DNA of 63,224 nt, filler included, from Reticulomyxa filosa (taxonomy: Eukaryota; Protista; Foraminifera): assembly GCA_000512085.1 (NCBI GenBank). It is 14 parts of 14 records of this genome, joined end to end, with 100 filler letters (N's around TTAATTAATTAA, not from the genome) between each part and the next. Parts side by side here need not be neighbours in the genome. Positions count along the whole stretch, not along the records: positions 53,205 to 55,725 come from ASPP01025062.1; positions 55,826 to 57,245 come from ASPP01010482.1; positions 57,346 to 63,224 come from ASPP01022934.1; 11 more parts are not named here. One strand, 5' to 3'. The first letter of the stretch is position 1. The number at the start of each line of letters is the position of its first letter. The position numbers were made by a program, and so were the translations under genes. The notes under the pieces are model-generated. The model made no database searches. It saw only the letters and a program-made list of their open reading frames with translations, and was not told the origin of the DNA. This document shows, in pieces, positions 54,150-63,224 of the stretch.

Positions 54150-54890
54150 ATTTAGACCAACAAAGATATTTGAAGACATTATTCCTTTATTTTGGTACCA
54201 AAGTTAAAAAGGAAATATTATTACAAATACGGAACATTGAAAGAATTGATTTACCAAAACATGTTGAATTTGGTGACTTTTCTTTATCAAATGAAAAAAT
54301 TAAATTTAATCCGTTATTATATGAATGTGATATTCACAAAACTAAAATTATTAATGACAACGTGCAATACATGGTAACACCAAATGATGAATTGCAGAAA
54401 CTATTATATCAAGTGATAAGGAATGGCTATTTGTGTGATTTAATTACATTTCAATATACAAATAATAAAAAAGAACAACTTTGTGAAAATATCAAACAAT
54501 AAATTAATTATAATGAAGCATATGTAGAATTACTGATATTTATAAACAGATTGGATATCCACTTCAATTACATGAAATTTGTGCGATTTTGTTGTATTGT
54601 GGTAAATCATGTAATACTATATTTAGGTATGATCAAATCAAATATAGACATCATAGATGGTCTTATTTGGATGCATATTTGCAAGATGTTATTTTGATAT
54701 TGCATAAACATGAAAGAAGAGAAGAAAGTGAAATGGAATTATATTGTGGATTGAAAGATATGAGATTGGAAAATATTGAAAAAGAAATAAGAGAGGTTAT
54801 TTTATTAATAATGTAAGTACTTGGGATATTCAAATTGCAAAGATATATAGAAGTGATCAAGGGTGTTTTTACATTTTTATCCTTCTATGA
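54150..54890 (+). pseudogene. ADP-ribosyltransferase-like domain gene relic
   Basis: LHEICAILLYCG..W..LD..L...I..L...MELYCGLKDMRL..G-YFINNVST-WDIQIAKIY..QGC, which parallels the ALxxYT..LYRG..STS..A..F ART pattern. Internal stop and frameshifts. Confidence 0.55.
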
Positions 54891-55725
54891 GAAGATTTCT
54901 TTAAATTTTTCTAAATCATCACTTTGTAATACTTCATTTACAATATATTGATATAAGAAATGTACATTAGATAATGATTCCAATGAAAAATATAATTTTG
55001 TACACGCTCTGGCAAATGGTGTATAAAATTTACTAGCTTCTTCTTGTTCTGATTTTTCTGCTTTTTCTTGTACAACTTTAGCTTTTAATTTTAAATTTTC
55101 TAATGTTGTCACAATATTATTATCATCTAATAATTGATCTTCTAATTCTCTTAATTGAAATTTAAATTCACCTTTGTAATCTTAATTGATCATTTCTTTG
55201 TTCATTATATATCTGGTGCTTCTGATCTTTGTAAAGAACTTGGTGTTCACTAAAATTAACAAAAGTAACACGACTACATAAATCAGGTGCAAATGCAGCA
55301 GAAGGATATTTAGTAACTAAAAACATTGTAAACGAGGTGAAAAATCAACATCTTTACTTATTAATCTTCTATAACTAATGAATTATCAAAACGTAAATCA
55401 TTTTCTAAATTATTTAAAATGTACGTACTATTTTACTTTGTTTATGATAATTTAATAAAAAGTTTGTTGCTTGTCCAGAAGGATCTACCAATTCTTTCTG
55501 CAGGTGCAGATAAATAAGATGCTAATTTCATATGTTTATTATAAGGTAAATTATTAACAGTTAATATTTGTTTCCATTTTTGTATTAATATTTGACGATA
55601 TATTATGATAAATCTTCTAATAATTTTTTTGCTCTTGTCATAGATGTTTGTACTTTTGCCATTTCATTTTTTAATTCTGTTACCCACAATACCATTGGAC
55701 CACATGCTTGTGATGATTTATTAAC
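54885..55725 (-). pseudogene. Cytoplasmic dynein heavy chain relic (stalk end/AAA5/strut) with many deletions
   Basis: [89 protein letters not shown]. Stops and frameshifts present. Confidence 0.85.
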
Positions 55726-55825
55726 NNNNNNNNNNNNNNNNNNNNNNNNNNNNNNNNNNNNNNNNNNNNTTAATTAATTAANNNNNNNNNNNNNNNNNNN
55801 NNNNNNNNNNNNNNNNNNNNNNNNN

Positions 55826-55860
<35 letters not shown>

Positions 55861-56010
55861 GTGTATATACATATATGGTCAGATTAGTATGTATACTACA
55901 TGCACGTGCAATACATGTACATATCACATATGCACACTCTACGTATACGTATACGTATACGTATACTTACATTATGCATAATGCATAATGTATAATGCAT
56001 ATGTATATAG

Positions 56011-57145
56011 AACATTGATGAAAGAATTGAAAAATCGATTTTTCATGGGCATTCCGAACGAGATCCAAAACGAAGAAAAGCAATTGGAGGAGTACAAAGA
56101 GAAGATAATGCGACCGATCCAACTGAACGTGGTGAAGAACTTGCGATCGTGGATGAAGATGTATTGGGAGGAGGACTTTTTAGGCGAGGAGGGAGTGCAG
56201 AAGCAGTTGGAGACGTGGGTGCAGCAGATGCAGACGGAGAGCAAGAAGTACTCGTGGTACGGACTGTTGGCGGAGACCGTAGGGAACGAGTGGAAGCGTT
56301 TGAAGAAGCACGGGAGCAAGCCGCGAGTAGTGGAGAAGGACTACTTGGCAGTGGAGATCCCCAAAAAGTTTAGCTTTCAAAACCTGTCTCCAGACGAGCT
56401 GGCCGACCAAATCACGTTAATGGACTTTCGCATCTTTCGCAAAATCGGAGCCCGTGAGTGCATCGGTCAGGCATGGAAGAAGAAGGACAACCGCGTCAAG
56501 TCGCCCAACATCTTGGCGATGATTCAGCAGTTCAACAACCTGAGCACGTTCGTGCAGATTCACATTCTGCGCGAAAAGACGCTGCGCGATCGCGTAAAAG
56601 CTATCAAGCGCATTATCAAAATGGGCGAGCAATTCCGAGCCAGTCGCAATTACAACTCACTCTGCGCTTTATTTGGAGCCTTGAATTGTCAGCCCATTCA
56701 TCGTCTGAAGTTGGCGTGGGAAAAGGTACCCGAAAAACAGAAACAAGTGTTTGAGGAGTTTATGGTGATCTTCTCCAGAGATTTTAATCATCGCAATCTG
56801 AGACAGCTCTTTCGCAATGCCCCTGCGCCGTGCATCCCTCACATTGCCATCTTCTTGCAGGATCTGGTACTCATCGATGACGGACACGAGGACAAAAAGG
56901 AGGTGGAAAACCTCGGCGGACGCAAGATGGTCAACTTTTCCAAGTCCCAAAAAATGGCCGATCGCATCAAAAACATTCAAATGTACCAACAACATCCCTA
57001 TACCGACATCAAAGAAAACGAGGTCGTTCAAAGGATTCTCCTTGAAGAGTTTGCCAAACTCAAAGATGTCACTGAAGAGGACATTTGGGATATGTCTACC
57101 GAAGTCAAAAAGGCTGATGAAAGAGACAAAGCCAGGCTCTTTTAA
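56011..57145 (+). CDS. RasGEF (REM + CDC25 domain), last exon, 5'-partial
   Basis: VVKNLRSWMKMYWEEDF, ELADQITLMDFRIFRKI, PNILAMIQQFNNLSTFV, NYNSLCALFGALNCQPIHRLKLAW, PCIPHIAIFLQDL, MVNFSK. Confidence 0.96.
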
Positions 57146-57211
57146 ATATACTCTCTCTCTCTCTCTCTTTGTATCTATTTCGTGGTACTTGAAACATTGT
57201 ACATGTATTAC

Positions 57212-57245
<34 letters not shown>

Positions 57246-57345
57246 NNNNNNNNNNNNNNNNNNNNNNNNNNNNNNNNNNNNNNNNNNNNTTAATTAATTA
57301 ANNNNNNNNNNNNNNNNNNNNNNNNNNNNNNNNNNNNNNNNNNNN

Positions 57346-58600
57346 AAAAAAAAAACGGCAAGAGGCAAACATAATAAAGCAAAGGATTCAAGAAATAGCA
57401 CAGAAAATGGCAACCCAACATAAGAATCCATAAATAGTCTATGAGTAGTTCATGTGGAACACATACAAAACAATGTCAAAAACGAAAGCAATCCAAATGA
57501 TACCGCAAAATGACATATGGATAATGAACACAACGATGACAAACTACAAAGAATAATTAATACTGAATAAGGATTAAAACAGCAATGCTAACAGCAATAG
57601 ATAAAGCAATACTAAACCGGATTCAACCAAAACTAAACAGTGTAATATACGAAGATCAAGGAAGATTCATGCAAGGAAAAGGTACCGATGACCAAATCAT
57701 AAACCTGTGCGTAATGTATCATCACAGGAAACATGTGGCAAAAGAATAATGCATAGTAGCACTACTAGGCATGCAAAAGGCTTTCGACAGTGTGTGGCAC
57801 TAATGATTACTATATAAAATACATAAAGTAGGAATAAAGACCAATATTCAGCTTATATATAAACAACATTTTGGACACTATCAAACAAGCAAATAATCCA
57901 ACAAAAATATACAACATGGACACCAACATGCCTACTGTATACAGACGATATAATAACGATAACGAAAGACTCTACAGAAAATGACAACACACTTACCGCG
58001 ATTATATCATACTGCAAAAAGTGAAAACTGGATATAAATGTAAACAAGTGTATCATAGCACCAATGTACCGACAGCAGAGATTAAAACAACACGAAAACT
58101 CAATAGATATCACAAACATATCGCAAAAATTCACATATATCTGTGTAATCTTCAACCTGCGTACACTAACCTGGAAGTACAATGTCGATAACCGAGTACA
58201 AAAATCTCTAGCAATCATATCACATAGTGTTATAAATGTAATACTAGGACGCAGCCTAGAGATAAGTATGCAAATAAAATATTACAAAGCAGTAATAAGG
58301 CTAGTAATAGAATACGGAAGCATAGCAATACTATACATAAACATTATCAAAAAGACTATATAGTATGCAGCAACAAACACTAATAAAAATACTATGTATA
58401 TATCGAACCTCTTTCAAAACAGTAGTCCGAATAATAGCCGGAATACCATCACTGTACGCAAGAAGCTTTGTATTAATAAAACGAACTGGCTAGAGACGAT
58501 TAAAAAGAACACACTAGCAACAAAACTTGTTAGAAGAATACGATTACACCAAGTGCAGAGCATAATACTATCTTGCAAAAATAGCACATAAGAAGGAACT
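57346..58600 (+). mobile_element. Degenerate non-LTR retrotransposon reverse transcriptase (LINE-type)
   Basis: QGRFMQGKGTDDQI, MQKAFDSVWH**LLYKI, LLYTDDI (YADD equivalent), YCKKWKLDINVNKC, YYKAVIRLVIEYGS. Many stops. Confidence 0.85.
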
Positions 58601-59378
58601 ACAGTCACCACTCAACGCGGAAGTACTGCAAGTACTAGCCTATAATGGATTACTCGTTGCAAAGAATTTGGCTTCCATGACGCACGACGCAAGACTTTTG
58701 TAAACTAAGAGACTGGTTAATGCACAAATTATCAACATTTTGTCTTTTAGTGATTGTTCGTACTGGCTAAAGTGATTTATTAAAAAAAAATTGCGCTATC
58801 CTTTTTTTTTTTGTCAAAACGGAAGATATATTCTATTAAATTGCTTTTTTTGTTAACTAAAACCATAAAATCTTTTTTTAAAAAAGATGAAACATGTTTA
58901 AAAAAAATAAAAAAAGGACCACCATCGATCAAGATTGACTTTGATCCGACTTTTTAAAAAAAAACAAAGATGAGAATGGGCAAAAGAACGATAACCCTTT
59001 TCATTTGGTTTTGTGGGACCACAAAAGTTTGTTTATGTTATTACAAAGAAAGCTTAATACGATATCGAATCAAACCAAATCATATGAAATTGATGTTTTT
59101 TGTTTTTTTTTTCAACTTTTTATTTCATTATAAAAGGAAAAGATAACTTTCAAATCGAATTGTTCAAAGATTTCATATCAAAAAAAACATTTCAGTTAAA
59201 TGCATATACTCGTTTCGTCAACCATCCTTGATATCTCCCCCAAAATCTTCCAGCCAGTGAAAACTCAGATGCAATCCACACATACCACGCAATATCATAC
59301 AACCCTACGAAAAAAAACAGTTGGGCGGGGTCTCAAATTTTTTTTTTTAGACTACCTAATTCTCATCTTCAATCTGCA

Positions 59379-60560
59379 ATGTGGAAATATTTGGTACTAA
59401 GCTTACTATGTTTCCTGCTGTTTCATTTAGCCTCTTGTGAAGAAGATGAAAAAGTCAAACTGGACTGGTGCTATGAAGACAATTGTTATGACGTGTTGGG
59501 TTTGGACCAAACCGTCGACCATCGTATGATCAAAACGAGATACAAAGAATTTATCCTTAGAATAGTTATCTTTACTTTCTCCCTTCTCCACGTGATTTGA
59601 ATAAACTAAAGACAGCAACTTTCCAACAACAATAAAAAAAATCAAAGCCATCCAGACAGAAATCCAAACCAAAAACAGGCCGACCGTGAAAAATATGTAA
59701 AGATCAACCGAGCCTATGAAATATTATCCGACTCGCGACTGCGCAGCGAGTATGACCAATATCTGCGAGTTCGAACATTATGGATTCACCAAAAGAGCAC
59801 TTCTTTTTCGTCCTTGCATGTTAAAAACAAAAATAAAAAAAGGGGGAAAAAAAATACATCAGAACATAATTATTAAACAACATCAAAAAAAAAAAGTATT
59901 ATATAGATTGACAGTATTGATTGTCTTGCAATACAAGAAATGGCATTATCGTAATGTCCGCAAAGGTATTTTAGATAATCCCGCTGTTCAACGCTATTTA
60001 GAAAATAAGGGATTTGACCTTAAAAACAAGTTTATATACATACATATATATGTATACACAATGACACTGATATTTTTAAATTGATCAAAAAAAAAAATTG
60101 TTGAAATAAAATAGGTCGGGTAAAATAAAAAAAAGCCGGAAAAGTAAAGATAGCTCGAAGGATAGTAGTCAATGGTGTTTCTTATGAACAAGTCTATCAA
60201 GTATTGTTTTGCTTTGTTTGATTGGTCTGTTTGTGATGTTCAATTGATTGATTTACTTTTGCAAACAAAGATGGCAATGATTCCTGAGGCAATCAAGGCC
60301 AGGTTCTCAATGGTCGGTGCATGGGACCAAGCGACTCCTGAAGGCTATACCCTTGTCCAAGTGTGATCGCTTTTTTTGTTTTGTTCATTCAAACGCCGGA
60401 TAATAATAATAATAAATATATACATATATAATATATTATTATTATTGTTTTGAAAATAAACATGGCTGTTGTAACCACAGTTGAGAATATTGGATTGTGG
60501 CACAAATAGCCCTTTTCAACAATTCTATGTTGTGTTGGTGTATCATCCTACTGATGATGG
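59379..60560 (+). CDS. DNAJC25-like J-domain membrane protein (3' end uncertain)
   Basis: Signal peptide, then WCYEDNCYDVLGL, HPDRNP, KINRAYEILSDSRLRSEYDQYL. Downstream exons are short and intron-rich. Confidence 0.8.
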
Positions 60561-61799
60561 ACATCCGTTTTCTGTTGTCAGTTTAGTCATTATTGCTTTT
60601 TTTTTATTATTCTTTTGTTTTTAATTACAAAAAAAAAGTGGATTGATATTGTGTGATATGCTGGGCTGGCTTGGTAGGTGCAATCACTGGCGTTAGCAAT
60701 TCTCAAGTCGGCATTTGCTGGAAGGTGTGGATTAGATATAACGGAAAAGACATGTTTGTATACGTGTGATTTAAGCAATATGTAAGTTATTAAATACAAT
60801 TGATAAAAATATGGGGATATTCGTCGCGACACGCCATTTACATTTGTGTTGAGAGATATCTTGCAATTTGACAAAACCGAGGAAGACGCAATCAACAGAA
60901 TGAACACAACGGATCGCACGTGCAGCATTTGTGTGTGTTGGAGATAACACCTCTGACCAAACGGACATTGTTGAATACAGCTATAAATCATTGACGCCAT
61001 ACAATAGTACATCTTATCCGACACGTAAAGCTCATCCTTATATCGAAGATTTGATCTATGTAGACAAACACGTACAACCATCCAGTGACCAATGTCTCGG
61101 AAATGTCTTAAATGAGGGATGAGGAAACATTGATGCTAAATACTTGTTCCAGAATGTAGCATATTTGTTTCAGCTGATCTTTCTCTTCCAAATGGAGACA
61201 ACAATGCTTCACGCGGAAGAAGGAATTTGTGTATTTAGCTTTACAGCTATTCATGAGCTGACTCATAATATATTTATGCTTTGCACGTTATACTAAAACT
61301 TTTTCAATTAATTCTTGCAACAATTGTACAAGCGTATTAGAAAGTACGCTAATTTTTTTGATTCATTCAATTGGTCGCACATGACCACTTTTCAGATTAT
61401 AATACAAACTCAAGGCGAAAAAATTATTTGTTGTGGTATCGATAAATTGGCCTTTTACCAGACTACCAAGGGAATTACATAAAAAATCGGGTTAATACAT
61501 TGTCGCGTTATTCGTGATTTCATTTTTTTCGTTTTTTTTTTTTTGAAGTTAAATAGTTGCCCAAGTTTAAATAATTAATAAAAACAAAATCCTCATTTTT
61601 TTACAATGATAGAAAGCAAAAACGAAATATAAAAATAAAACAAAACCTAAAAATTTTATTTTTAAAATTAAATTAAAAACATAAGAATGGGGACGGGGGG
61701 TCCTTGAATTATTTTTGAACACTTAATCATTTTCGAAAAATTATCATTCATGATCATGTTAATGATCATCAAAAAATTTTTATTATTATTATGCGCAAT

Positions 61800-63224
61800 A
61801 CGAGTTAAGCATCTGATCATTCCCCTTTTGAAGTTGAATACTCAGTGTGTTGTACATTTGTGTCTTGGTATTGGCTGGACCCGAGGTTTGTTTATCGGCG
61901 ATGATTTGTGTCGAAGAGCGAGAGCTGGAATTTGCTGGGGCGAGAATTGAGAAAATCAGACGCATGTGGCTTGGATATCGCCTTAATCAATGTGTCAATG
62001 GTAATTGTTGTCTCGCTGTTAGAGCTGATGCAATGAATGCAGCATTGGACTGAATATTTGCAGAATTGAGGCCTAGTCCATATCTTTTTATTAGCATCTG
62101 GCCATGAAGCAATTGACAATTTGTGTGCGGGCAAGCAAGTATGGACTCCTTGCATTGTTTTATTTCCTCGTCGAACTAGGTGGTCCAGTTGTGAGCTCCT
62201 CTGAGGAAATTGGCCATCATGTGGTACGTAGTTTAGTTTTGTTCATTTAGTTTCTGAGGATGATGAGCATGGTCTGTCCGTGTTTCAGACTTAACAAATT
62301 TTCAAAAACTGGACGTTCCACTCCTAGAGAATGACGTCTATTTCTTTTTGTACGCGTTCATCGTCGCCAATGGGCATACTGACGATTGTTGTGTTGAATG
62401 CTTGGTTGTTGGCGATCCATTCGCATTTATTGATGTTGATCCCCGTACCATGTGAAACCCCAGTTGCAAGTAAATTAGTGACTGCTTGAGTAACGTGTTC
62501 TGGTTCATCAGATGCAATAGTCAAATCATCGTGGTATGCAGCATGGCACAGGCTGGAAATTGATAAGAATGAGAATTTTATAGCGCCGGCGAGGGCCATG
62601 GCGAAGAAAGTTCCACCAAGTGGGCATCCTTGATGAACACCTGTTTTGGAAAGAATCGTGTGACCAGTTGGCAAGAATAATGGTGAGTGTGTGGCATATC
62701 ACCCTTTCGCGTACCCGTACAATACACGGACATGTTTCCTTACCAATTTCAGCAACTTTCTCCGTTTACAGGTATTTAAAGCATTCTGGAAATCTATTTT
62801 TACTAATACACTTTTGTTGTTTCTTTGAATGTGTTTGCCTACAACTTTGAAGCCGTAGGAAAACATTTCGATGACGTGTTTGACGTTCACGCCAAGTTGA
62901 TTTGATCCAAGAGTATTGAAAATTTCATGTGAGTGTTTCTGCAGAAGAATAGATCCTGCTGACTTACGAAAAAGAGACTCCACGGCAATTGGTCTTGGCG
63001 TATTATCCGGTTCGATAATGGCAATTAACCTAGCCCCATATGCAATGGCCTGGGCATCTGGCGCAATCTCTCTTCGATTATCAACTGTGCCACTTTCGCA
63101 CAATTGCCAACGTATCCGATTCGATCTGGTATGGTTCTAGATCGATCAAGTGTTGCGCCGTGAAAAGTTTCAATACCCACCGACGACGTTCTGTTCAATT
63201 TATTAATGTATTTTGTCAATTCAT
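61800..63224 (-). mobile_element. Disrupted CRE-clade-like non-LTR retrotransposon RT, runs off the window end
   Basis: GARLIAI..RPIAVESLFRK, NQLGVNV, KIDFQNALNT, GVHQGCPLG, AYHDDL, GININKCE. Frameshift near 62680. Confidence 0.85.

Overview
AT-rich, intron-containing eukaryotic genomic DNA. The window is not one locus: it is 14 unrelated contigs joined by artificial 100-nt spacers (N44-TTAATTAATTAA-N44), so gene neighbourhood across spacers is meaningless. Intron style ((TA)n and homopolymer-filled, mostly GTT donors) and expanded WD40/kelch/TPR families with many pseudogenes resemble a foraminiferan such as Reticulomyxa filosa (inference, not verified). Recognisable genes: SLC45/sucrose-transporter-like MFS (partial), a large secreted mucin/REJ-like protein, a coiled-coil protein, a CC2D1/Lgd-like DM14+C2 protein, pyruvate dehydrogenase kinase, kinesin, PFK-2/FBPase-2, a 7TM protein, DUF1294, MAK16, a PB1-like+caspase-like+TPR protein, WD40, RasGEF and DNAJC25-like. 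There are also three non-LTR retrotransposon relics, an inverted-repeat-bounded element and mosaics of gene fragments (kelch, WD40, PUB, ART-like, dynein). The most unusual item is a RelA/SpoT-like nucleotidyltransferase domain with altered catalytic motifs, fused to a SAM-like domain and three copies of an unrecognised domain (27056-30162). Exon boundaries were read by eye and no database searches were run.
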